DNA of 64,000 bases from Camelus ferus. Lineage: Eukaryota. Within the stretch, counting starts at the first letter, position 1. Every line of letters begins with the position of its first letter. Positions 40,154 through 51,152 of the stretch are shown in pieces. The stretch is taken from positions 47,680,001 through 47,744,000 of the forward strand of contig NC_045697.1 of the NCBI RefSeq assembly GCF_009834535.1, in the 5' to 3' direction. The translations under genes were made by a program, and so were the position numbers. The notes under the pieces were generated by a model. The model saw nothing but the letters and a program-made list of their open reading frames with translations. It did not search any database and was not told the origin of the DNA.

Positions 40154-40469
40154 AGTCAGACACCAGTCAAGACCAACTCACTGAAGGGTGGGCCCCATGG
40201 CAGAGCGAGCGTGTCCCTCCTCACCAAGGCACGCAAGCGGGAGGAGCTGCCACCCCTGCACTAGTCAAGAGGCTCCTCCAGTCCCTCAGCAGATGAAAGT
40301 TAGTTTTTTTGTTCAAGTTCAGAGGATAATACTCTTCATTCTATTTCATCAGATTTGAGCAAGAAGCCACATGGCATGAAAAGAAGGATGATGTTATTTT
40401 CTGACTGATATCAGAAATGCCTCCATCTCCAAGCTTCAAGTCTGGATCACTTAAGGTTTAAGCTATAAG

Positions 40470-41083
40470 TGGGACAGGAGGGAAGGGGGCAGGACACAGC
40501 CATTAAAGGAATGACACAGCAATTAGCACCAAGAAGGAGGAGAATTCAAATCCCAATAGACCTGGAGGCCCAAGACGTGGGAGATTCGACCTCCAGTGGA
40601 CCTTGAGCTTCATTATGCACAGTGTAATGTACTAGTACAGTGAATGACACACCCACAGGCGCCATGACAGTTCGGAAGCTAACCACGAAAGGTCAAAGAG
40701 AGGGTGGTGGCTTAATTCCTGGGAATCCCCACCCCTTCCCCAAAGCAGTTGGAATAATCCTCTCACTTGTTAGCATATAAAAACTAGCAACACCGCACCT
40801 CATGGTTGCTCTCCTCTCTCTTGACTTCCAAGACAGCCCACACTCTGTCTATGGATTAGTGTGTATCTACTTATACTTTAATCACCACCATCACACCTTC
40901 CCCACTGCCAACCCCATGTACATCTCTCTAAATAAATCTACTTTTACTCATCTATGGCTCACTCTTGAACTCTTTCCTGTGTGAAACCAAGGACCCTCAG
41001 TTGGTGGAGCATGTCCCAGAGAATCGTCTGGGACCTGTGACAGAGCCATCCTGTCTCATTGCCCGCACCTTTCTCCTGTATCA
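40470..41083 (+). mobile_element. MER41-related ERV1 solo LTR
   Basis: TG...CA termini, 4-bp flanks TAAG/CAAG (one mismatch). GCGCCATGACAGTT, GAATAATCC and GTTAGCATATAA blocks are shared with the recalled MER41 consensus. AATAAA near 40930. Confidence 0.85.
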
Positions 41084-41288
41084 CAAGGACCTGCCTTCCT
41101 AGTCTGATATGTCCAATATCCAATCTGCCGTTTCTTCTTGGTCCCTATTAGGCCTAAAATTCTTTTGTGATGGGCACATAAGACTGGTGTGGCCTCAAGA
41201 AAGACAGTACTACAATATGACAATGCTGAAAGGTACCAAAGGAGGAAAAGGATATGTGTTTGGGGAAAGGATACAGAGGAGAACAAAT

Positions 41289-41392
41289 TTCTGTCTGTCT
41301 GTCTGTCTCTCTCTTTCACACATACACACTTACACACACACACACACTCACACACACACGCTCACTTGCTCTCTCTCGCTCTTTTTTTCTCT
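41289..41392. repeat. Compound microsatellite (TCTG)n-(TC)n-(CA)n-(CT)n
   Basis: Directly visible in the sequence. Confidence 0.9.
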
Positions 41393-41414
41393 CATTAACT
41401 CTTTGTTAGGACAG

Positions 41415-41615
41415 CAGAGCTAGCTAGCTGTTCAAATCCTGGTGCTAGCACTTACTAGCGAATGGCCTTGGAGGCACTGCGTAGCCTCTCCATCCTCAGT
41501 TTCTCCAGCTGTAAAACAGAGATGATTGTTCCTACCTTGAGAGGGTATGGAGAGATTAAATGAGAGAATGTTTAGCATCACACACAGTTAGCGTTTAGTG
41601 AATGTTAAGTATTAT
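41415..41615 (+). mobile_element. MIR SINE
   Basis: GTTCAAATCCTGG...CACTTACTAGC...CCTCAGTTTCTCCAGCTGTAAAA...GAGATTAAATGAG. Confidence 0.85.
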
Positions 41616-43618
41616 CACAGACAAATGTTATCGGCTTAGGTTTCTCCTTGAAGGTTCTAAGAGCCTCCATTTGTGGACATGTGCTACCTAAGTAATAAAT
41701 TTGTCCATATGAGGGATGTCAAAGGAGAGAGGAGGAAATAGTGTGATACTCAGGAGGGCAGAACAGGGGAAGGCAGACTCCAAGGGCAGAACAACATAAA
41801 GGAACACGCTCACCACCCAGGCGCAGAAGGTGTGTAGAGCCCCTTACCCAGTGGCAGGCAACACAGTAGGAGTTTAATTAATGGAGCCAAGAGTACTAGT
41901 TCTAAAAGAGACAAAAGGGAGGACCACCCCTCCACCAAAAACAGCCTGCAGGCAATGGGACAGGGGGCCAGAAGCCTACTGGGCAGTGTCAGGTTGGGGC
42001 CGGTGGAGAGAAGTCAGCCTGCATTTGCAGGAAGCGGCAAAGGCTGATTTCACCTAGTTCATCTTTCTGCCTAGAACCAAGCCTGCTGAGATCCAGTAAT
42101 GAAAATCTTCACAGCACATTGCCGAATACAGTAATGCCTTTCTGTCTCAGTAACACTGCAGCCTGGGCATGAGTGTAATGCAGTATTTGTACGTAGCTAG
42201 GAGAAAATTCAGTGATTTACATTTAGGGTTCATATTTTGTTTCCAGATGAAAACATCCATCCCAACAGTTCCTACACGGGTATTCCCACTTCAAGCAAGT
42301 GGCTCAAGCTTTAGACTGTGTTCTCTTGCCCGAGACTTCTGACCCAATTCAGCTTTCCATCTTACTGGACTGAAGAGAGGTTAAAGATTTATAATCCTGT
42401 CATTTTATCCCCAAGACAAATCATATTCCAGGCTACTTTAATGCCTGAAGAGGACCAATACTAGTCAGCCAAATACTTGCTTATCTTAATCGTTAGACAA
42501 CTGGTATGCTCAGCATTTTTGAGACAGGTGAATGGACACACCTCCTCCATCTTTTCCTTCCCTTCCGTATGGGTTACACCCAAGATAGATAACTATTCCC
42601 GGTTACAGGAGAACAACGGGTCTGGCAGTGGAAGGAGTTATGGGGGTGGGGGTAAGGTGTGCACAGACTGTGTTTTTGCTGCCACCATCCGCAGAAAGTG
42701 TGACTGTCCATCAAGCTGTCTCCTCATTATCTTCTCTTCAGACACATAATCCTCTTGTACATTCAAATGATATTCACGTCTTTGTTCAGCAGGTCTCATA
42801 AACATACCAAATATGGAAGAGATGCATTAACATAGGCATGCTTGCCAGGCCCTAAATTACCAATAAGGTAGTTTATGTGACCTAAATGGACCATAATTTC
42901 TTGTCGTGGAGAACATGAGCCAACACATTTCCAAGTGGAAGCGGTGAACGCAGCAAGATTCAATTCACAGAGAGCTCCTGGGACACATGAGGCTCATTCA
43001 GAGACTAAGCATCAGAGACCGGTCCTAAAAATAAAAGAATTAGCTATTCCGATCTCACAGATGCAGCTGTGTGTTCAGCTGAAACACGGGAGGCACAGCA
43101 GACACCTAGGGACGTGGTAATCAAGAGATAGTCACGTAGCGTCCAGTTATGCCATCTGCACAATGAAGCTGAATGTACACAGTAACTGATCATCAGCGGT
43201 AGTACAATTATTAAGTACGTTGACAATAACAGTGTAATGCAAATAGAAATGTTTTTTATTACTTCAACCGGCCGGTCTTTTTAATCCATGATGACTCTCC
43301 AAAGCAATGTTTTAAAGGAGGAGCACTTTTTCCATAGCTTCCCAATAAGAAATGCAAATGGTCCTGAAAAATCAAATTGTTTCCTCCATCAGGATCTGTT
43401 GGTGCTCATCAGTAATCAGTAAACCCAGTCCCGACTTTCTGCACTTTACAAGGTGTGGGTTAAGAATGAGTAGTAATGAAGTATGTGACTAGAGTCAAAA
43501 CATTCCCACTAAATGTATAATTGCAAAAGCTGTGCTAGTTTTCAGTTTCAATTCTAGTTGCTTCCTATGTTCCGAGACACGATCGCTCGTGGGGATGGGA
43601 TTGTGGGAGCTTCCCAGT

Positions 43619-43727
43619 GGTTATAAAGGTTATAAAGGACAGGTTATAAAGTCCAGTCTCTATTCCCAGGACCCCTCCCTTTATAACCTGTCGTCCTTTA
43701 AGGGGTCCTGGGAATAGAGACTGGACT
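43619..43727. repeat. Interleaved inverted repeats (A-B-A'-B') with a perfect 27-bp arm pair
   Basis: 43650-43676 is the exact reverse complement of 43701-43727. 43633-43651 is the reverse complement of 43679-43700 apart from a 3-nt insertion. Confidence 0.95.
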
Positions 43728-44639
43728 CCACTTCCCCACAGCACCTCTGGAGAGAACAAGACTCTTCTAGAGAGGAGTGGCTTTGTGTTCACGGTGTCCT
43801 AGGCAGAGGGGGCCACAGACAGTCCCAGGATAGATGCCCATGATTTAAGGAGAGAGCAGGAGCTGCTGAGGACTCCTAAACCCAAGGAGCCTTGAGGAGC
43901 AGTGAGGAGAGGGTGAGAGATATCTCTTGGCAACTGGTTTTGACTCAAGACAGAGACAAACCAACTCCTTGGAAAACCTGAGAAGAACTGGAAGGTGGTG
44001 ACAAAATTCCAGGAAGACGAAAGAACACATCAGAAGGACTTAGGGTACAGTCGTTCTGTCCCTCTGACAGCATGGAGTCTCAACATCACAAATTGACTAC
44101 AATACAGAATAGAAAGTCAGTATTTCTAGCACTCTTCAGTTTGGACCAATATTTGCACCCATCTTCTAAATTAACATTTCACAACTCACTTCTGTTGGTT
44201 GGATGTTGTGAATAAAATACTGCCGCCAACACAGAGGCCACAAAGGCCTTATTTTTTATCATATGGTCACCTCTAAATTCAATCCAAAATTATGATCCTC
44301 TGAGGAAAAGGATAGTTTTCAAATATAAAGGGGCCCCAAAGAGCTTTTCAATCAAGAACTTCACAAAAGCATCTCAATGGACTAATGTTTTTTAGGCTAA
44401 TAAAATTAATGGAAACAGGAAATTTTTTCAAATGGTGATATCAAATAGAACTTAACTTTCCTTGTATGATCCATTCAATTAAAACAAATAACCACATGCA
44501 GGACTTTTTACTATCAATGCACTGAGCTGAGAGATGAGAACTGTAAACAAAAGGGCAGGGAATGTGCAGTCTGGTGAAGATACCATAAGGGAAACAGTAA
44601 GGCATGAAACCCCAGGGGAGGATGAGGCGGAGGAGAGCG

Positions 44640-46030
44640 GAGCAGGGAGGAGGGAGGGAACATGAGAGCACCTAAATGAGGCATCCCTGAGTCAGGGCAC
44701 AGCTTAAATGCTGCTCTTCCAACATTTAAGGTGAGTGAGCTGAGTAAGGTTTCAATAGGTAAAGATGGAAGGAGGCTACCCCTGACTAAGGAAATCACAT
44801 GAAAAAGGAACGGCCATCGGAAAGCACAGAGAATTCTGCAGCTAAGTACAGACACAACTAGAAAGATAGGGTAGGGCTGCATTACAGAGGTCTTTAAGGG
44901 CCAAGAGCCTGGACTTAATTTGGTAGTAAACAGGTACAAAAGGATGTGAGAAGGGAATGAGCAAGGTCAAAGTTAGACTTTGAGAAGACTAAAAAGGCTA
45001 TGGTGATGTGCTGGAAAGAGACACCAGGAGCAGACAGGAGGGGACAGTTTCACAGCTGTATGCTTTTTTTTTTTTCCCTCTAGTCAGAGAGTGACAACAA
45101 TGTGCTAGGCAAAATGGTGTGAGTCCAGTGGCGATCCTACGCGTGGATAGGGTGGTAGAGAAACTATAGAGGGAGCCCTGTGGAATCTGACAAAAATGTG
45201 GCATAAAGGTGGGAGAGTTAAGAATAACTTCAACTCCAAAATGTTTTGTTGTGTGAAAAAGAGCAAGTTGCCCATTTCTAAGCATAGTATACTATATTTA
45301 CCTAAAGGAAAATCATTAAGCATCATGCCATGTATTTCGCACGGTTTGTATAGATGCATAGAGAACACATAAAGAGACGGTAGGGAACAATGAGTTAGTG
45401 ACTCTGGAGCCAGAGTGCATGGGTTCAAATCCCAGTTCTGGTAATTACTGGCTCTGTGGCCTGGGGCCAACCACTTCACCTCCCTGGGAGGGTGAGGCAG
45501 GAGAGCCTAAGGAAAGCGGAGATGTGGGACGGCAGTCATCCAGGGATTTTTTTTTTTTATTAAGAAAATATTGTTTGCCAGTAGTGAGCGTTTAGCTGAG
45601 GTTAGATTTCATTGTTTTCAAGGTACCAAATCAGAGCAGAAGGAGGGCCAAGTAAGTTCAAGCTGATGGTAGGCAAGTAAAGGCTGGCAGGAGGAGTCCT
45701 GAGCCCTAAAGTGGCAGCTGGCTTACTTTGAACTGACTAAGGCTGGTAGAAAGGAAGGTAAAGACAGAGTTTAGAAATGAAAAAGAGAACTGACAGAGAG
45801 TGGGCTGGGATGCTGCACGCAAAGAAAAAAGACAACGAGGAGTTCAACTGAGAGGGAGGAAGGCGACCTGGGAGAGGAACTCAAAAGCAAAGCAGTTTCA
45901 ACTGATGACACAGTGTGGCCATGGAGTGGGGCCACCAGGGCAGTGAAGACATTGGTCACTAAGATGAGCATACAAGCGGGGTTAGGACAGTGTCAGAGTT
46001 GATCATTGTGCCTTTAGTTCTCATCTCTCT
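44640..46030 (-). mobile_element. L2 LINE fragments (3' part ~44640-45100, internal part ~45500-46030) with a MIR at ~45380-45480
   Basis: L2 antisense motifs GAATGAGCAAGGTCAAAG and GCAGTTTCAACTGATGACACAGTGTGGCCATGGAGTGGGG. MIR motif GACTCTGGAGCCAGAGTGCATGGGTTCAAATCCCAG. Confidence 0.6.
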
Positions 46031-46419
46031 AGACATCAGTGATCACCATTACAATACAACAGATACGAACAACACAGAAAGAGGTGGAATGCAAACTGAC
46101 TGCAAGACATCTTCCCAAAGTTTAATTTCAGGTGGCATCTCCAGAATGAGTTTTTTCTTCTCTTCTAGTTCATTTATTCAGCAAATAATTATTGTGCAAA
46201 ACCCTGTACTGTCTGCAAGGGATGCAGATCTAATCTATGGCTCCAGCACTAAGGGGTTTACAACCTATCAAGGAGGATAAGAAAATAATTAGCAATTTTA
46301 CAAGGGCTAATTAATAAGACAACAAGTGATGTTACAAGGCAATATGAAATGAAGTGACAAACAAATGATATGTGCTTATGAAGGAGAAATATCACTGTTG
46401 GTTGTTGGCTATCCTTTCA

Positions 46420-46620
46420 CCCAGGCATCTACCAAAGATTTATTGAGCACTAACTACATGCCTGGCACTGTGCTAGCTGTATACTGGTGAACAGACAAAT
46501 ACAGATCTAGTCCTTAGCTTAGAGCTAAAAGATGGATAATAAACAAATGCACAAATAGAGAGAGGCACATTGGGATTAACTGCTATGAAGGAAAAGAATG
46601 GGATGCTTTAGGAACAGAAG
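46420..46620 (-). mobile_element. L2 3' end
   Basis: ATTTATTGAGCACTAACTACATGCCTGGCACTGTGCTAG...GTGAACAGACA...TGCTATGAAGGAAAA. Confidence 0.8.
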
Positions 46621-46729
46621 AACAGACAACACAAATGAGGGATCTTGGAAGCTCAAGATGGCATTAAAAGTACCTGAAGGAAGCACATGGCAATGTTTTG
46701 TTGTGTTCTATTAAATAATCACACAGTAT

Positions 46730-46950
46730 GTGTAAGGCTTAACCAACTCTCTTTCTTAGCTCTAATCCTCAAAATGAGTCTTGTTTAGATCAGCATTATC
46801 ATCTCATCTTCATTTTATGAACAAGTAAACAGAGGCTTAGAGGAGTTAACCAACTTTTCCAAGGTCACAGCTAGTGAATGTTAGCGCCAGAATTCAAGGC
46901 AAGATCTGTGCAACTCCTGAACCGTGCGCTTTTTTCACTATGACACACTG
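46730..46950 (-). mobile_element. MIR SINE
   Basis: CATTTTATG...AAACAGAGGCTTAGAG..GTTAA..AACTTTTCCAAGGTCACAGCTAGT. Confidence 0.8.
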
Positions 46951-47164
46951 ACTCTCACCTCAGAAGACGTCTGAAGTTACACTCTTTTGTTTGTGAAAAT
47001 AAGTCTCTGAAGAAAAACTTCCCAGTATTAGCATAATTTATTGTTGCACTGGAAAATAGTTCCTTTACATAGCAGCTGGCACGATCTTTTCATAAAAGAA
47101 TTTTCTGAGCACCTGTGTTGCTATTTTGCCAGCATCTTATCCAGTTTGAGAACTTGATAACAGC

Positions 47165-47400
47165 TAATAATCATAATAATGAATAGAATAACTAGAATTT
47201 AACATGCACCTACTATGTGCTAGACACTGCTTGGTGATGTCTGGGCATAGCCTTATTTAATCCTGGTAACAGTTCCGTGAAGTGGACATGACTCTCCCCA
47301 CTTGAGAGATGGCATCTGAAGTTGAGAGATTAAGCACTTTGACCAAAGTTACACTGGGTAAGCAGCGCAGCAGAGATCCAAACTCCAATATGGTACACTC
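47165..47400 (-). mobile_element. MIR SINE
   Basis: GCACCTACTATGTGCTAGACACTG...TTATTTAATCCT...GAGAGATTAAGCACTTTGACCAAAGTTACAC. Confidence 0.75.
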
Positions 47401-48934
47401 ACAATGCCATTCCCTGCACTAGCCCATGAATTCCATGAGCCAAAATTAGCTTTGCTGTAGGGAGAAAGAACGGAGGTAAAACAATTTGCCCAAGGTAACA
47501 TGCCTCGTGAAAAGCAGCCCCGTCGGGGAAACTGTAATTCCCGACTCCCCATTCACTTCCCGACTTCAGTAACTCTGTTTGGGCAAAGATGATGAATGTG
47601 TGATAAGTGAGAAAAAAATTACTTAATTCACTCCTGCATGGCTAAGTCAATCGTACTCAAGGAATAAAAGGGCAGCCTGCAGTTTGCAAGTCCCTTGTTA
47701 GGCCTGTTGGATTTTCAAAACCCTTCTTGTAGTACACACAGCAGTCCCAGCCTAGATCATAATTTATATCTAAAGTTCCCACTGAAGAGCTGCCAACGTT
47801 AGTAAACTGACACTGCCTGGGTCCTTCTTTTATTCTGTCTTGCCAGACATCTTGCACACAAAATCCAGCAAGGTTCAGCCCGAACCAGACACAGTGGCCT
47901 CCGGGAGAAAGCATCTCCAAGAATCTCTTAGCACCTGCCTTGCCTCTTTATCAAGAGCTGGCTCAGTCACCAGAGGAATTCAACATGTAACAAATGGGAT
48001 GTTCAGCATCCACTTCTACCCACTCCTATCTTTACAAGAGAAAATAATCACAGGCGAACAAAAAAGTAGGGCAGCAGTCACAGTATTTTCAGGAACACTA
48101 AAATTATCCCCACTAGAAAACCAATATGGTGTAAGTCTCAGACAAAAACTTCAATACCCTGATAACATGAAAAAATGTAGTGGACCGTAATAAAAAGGGC
48201 ACTTTGCACATTGTGACTGTGCCTACCCAAAGAAAAGAGAAATTGAGGTTTCAGATTAGGTTTATATTTGCCAAACCATCACAGGAGAAAAAAGTAAAAA
48301 TTCTATGTAAAAACAATTTTCACTCTTTTTGGTAAACCCAGCATTCTTTAAGGAGTGGCTGAGGGAGAGGAACGTTCAGACACTGTCTTCTGTCTGAGTG
48401 AGCGCTGCAGGGCAAATGCAGAGGGCAAGGAGACGACCTGTGCAGAGTGCTTCTGATGCAAGTTCACCAGATGAACGCTACATGGTGTATTATTCTACAT
48501 TCACGCAGCCAGAGGCCAATTACCAAGCACTGAGTGTGGAGGAAGGTCGGTAATACCCATTCTAAATAGGTTGGAGACCCATAAAAAATCAGCTTGGAAA
48601 TAGTCATCATTGAGCTTTTTTGAACTATTACAACTTAAATTGGCGACATAAGAAAATGGAAACCCACAAAAATTAGAATTGTCTCAAAGAATCCTAATTC
48701 GTCTAGACCATAAATCACGTAAGAAACATGTAATGCAGCATAACCACAAGCACCAGGTACAGCACTACAACCTGAGTTTATGAGTGCGAAAAGGAAGTAT
48801 TTTAGAGGTATCAGTCCAATGTCACCAAGATCAGTGGGTGTGCCCACACTACAATCACTACTCTCTGCATCAACTTGCTTATCTAAGGAGAGATTGCCTA
48901 GGTCAAAGCCCAGTGAACATAAGTCACATGAACT

Positions 48935-49120
48935 TATGTGAACTTGGGTAAATTACTTAAGCAACTTGTACCTAAGTCTTCTTATCTGGAAAATGGGAAA
49001 ATAAATAGTACCTAATGCTTAATGGGCTTTGTAACTACTAAGTGATTACACCTAAGGACTTGGAAGAGAGCTTCACGCACAATAAGTGCCAGCTAATGCT
49101 ACCTGTGATTATAACTGATC
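48935..49120 (+). mobile_element. MIR SINE
   Basis: TGTGAACTTGGGTAAATTACTTAA...CTTATCTGGAAAATGGG...AATAGTACCT. Confidence 0.75.
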
Positions 49121-49569
49121 ATCATTAATAATGATCAGTGGTAATCATTCTTATCAGTATTGATATTAAAACTCTCTAGAATAGAGCTGCCCACACACCC
49201 TGGATTGCCCACCTTACTCTGAACTATTACAAAAAAAAACTTTCTTCTTGCTTGAGTCACTAAATAGTAGGGTCTCTGTAATACATTAATTTAGCTTGTA
49301 CCACCAAATAGGTTTATTACATTGCATAATAATCATCCTTTTACATATGTGTTTATCCTATGAGACTGTGTGCTCCCTGAAGAGGAACAGTCTTAATCAG
49401 TTCTGCTTTCAGCAATGAGCTCAGTGTTTTGTAGATGACAGAAAGTCAATATGTGTTTGATGATCTCAACTTTGTACCAAAACAAGTATCTGTGGACAGA
49501 GAAGATGGCCTAGAAAACTCTTCAATTATGCTTGAGCTACCTTGACTTTACAAGTAAATGTATTATTTG

Positions 49570-49987
49570 TTGTATTATAGCTGTAGTAGACTATACTGAT
49601 AAAACCAAGAGATCCACTATGTATTGTGTTAAGCACAACAGAATTTCATGTCATGTTCCATTAATAATTCAGGGGAGACATTCTTGTTTGAAAGAGGGGC
49701 TCTGCTCTAGGCAATCATTTAGGAATACAGGTTGACAGCAGCTCTTACAACATCAATCTATGGCTTTCAAAGCCACCCTGGTGTGGCCAACCCAATCTCC
49801 AAAAGAGGAGGTACGGAAAAGCAAACCTGTTGGAGGTTTTGTGGATTAAGCCAGGAAGTGGCACATATTTTTCTACTCACATTCCATGAGACAGAATTCA
49901 ATCAAAAGATACATCTAACTGCAAGATAGGCTGTGAGATGTAGGAAAGGGAAATAGATTTTAGTGAATAGCTAGCAACCTCTGCCAG
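49570..49987 (-). mobile_element. MLT1J/K-like MaLR LTR
   Basis: GCCAGGAAGTGGCACATAT...CTCACATTCCAT...CTAACTGCAAG..AGGCTGTGAGATGTAG...GTGAATAGCTAGCAACCTCTGCCA. Confidence 0.7.
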
Positions 49988-50654
49988 AGGTTGAAATTAA
50001 TCCCTCTCCCTTTATTAAAAGGAACCACTACTTAAAACCTATTTGGTGACGATTGAGAAAATTAAATATTCTTTAGAAAATAGTTTTAATTTACTAAAAT
50101 TCTGTAGTCAAGATATAATTTCTCCTCTAAACTAGCAGGAAAGAAGTTTTAAGATTAATTATTCAACCATAAACTCTTTGTTTCTCTTGCTTAATTAAAA
50201 TACCTTTTGCTCTCTTTGTGTGTATAAATATAAGCGGTGATCAAAAGGAAAAAAATCAGATTAGTCTGGATCTAACCACTGCCACCTCACCCTTCAAGGC
50301 TTAGTAGACAATTTCAGCCTACATTTGACTCCTGCTTTTCCGTGTCCTGTAGTTCTCACAAGTCTCCATCCCAAAGAAAAAAATTGATGGTCTTGAAATG
50401 TTTTCTGTTTTAATATATGAGCCTTAATTGCTTAACCACCTTGCCAGATCCTCAAGAGTATCTTTTATTTTATGTTTCTCCGGAAAGTGAAAATGATTCT
50501 GTAAACTGCAAAGCTCCTTCCATATAGTCAAGTGCTATTCTTTCTTTTATATTTCTTTTAATACCTAAGCACTGTGGTAGGTATTTAAATAACAAATTAG
50601 ATCACTTATTGGTTTAACAAAAAGTTAGTTTAAAGAGGCCAGTAAGTCAATTAA

Positions 50655-51152
50655 TTATAGCAAAACAGGCTGTAATTTTTCACTCCCCTCTGTTTCCATT
50701 CCTTTTCAATAAGACTTTGGAGTCTGTTTCCCCATCTCTTGAATCTGGGCTGGCCTTGAGATTTTGCTTCAGCCAACAGAAAGTGGTAGAATTAACAGGC
50801 TTAAAGAGACCTCATATGTCCCAAGGTTCACAGTCTTGAGACACATCCTTTGGCTGAGAAAATAAGCCCAGACTAGCCTGCTGGATGATGAGATGTATAT
50901 GACATTCTCGTCTTGTTGCCCAGTTAAGAGCCAGCCATGGGAGAGGCCACTCCAGAAGAGCCAACCCCTATGCCCAGCTGCTAGGTAATGGCAGAGGCAC
51001 CAGCGGGCCCAATCAAGACCAAGCAAGCCTGGCTCATGTTAGCAGGATTGCCCAGATGACCCATATCTACCTCCTGAGCAATAACAAATGCTTATTGTTT
51101 AAAGACACTGATGTTTGGGGTGGTCCGTTACACAACAGTATCTACCTAATAT
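50655..51152 (+). mobile_element. MLT1F/G/H-like MaLR solo LTR
   Basis: GGAGTCTGTTTCCCCATCTCTTGAATCTGGGCTGGCCTTG...AAGCCCAGACTAGCCTGCTGGATGATGAG...TTGTTTAAAGACACTGATGTTTGGGGTGG..GTTACACAACA. Confidence 0.8.
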
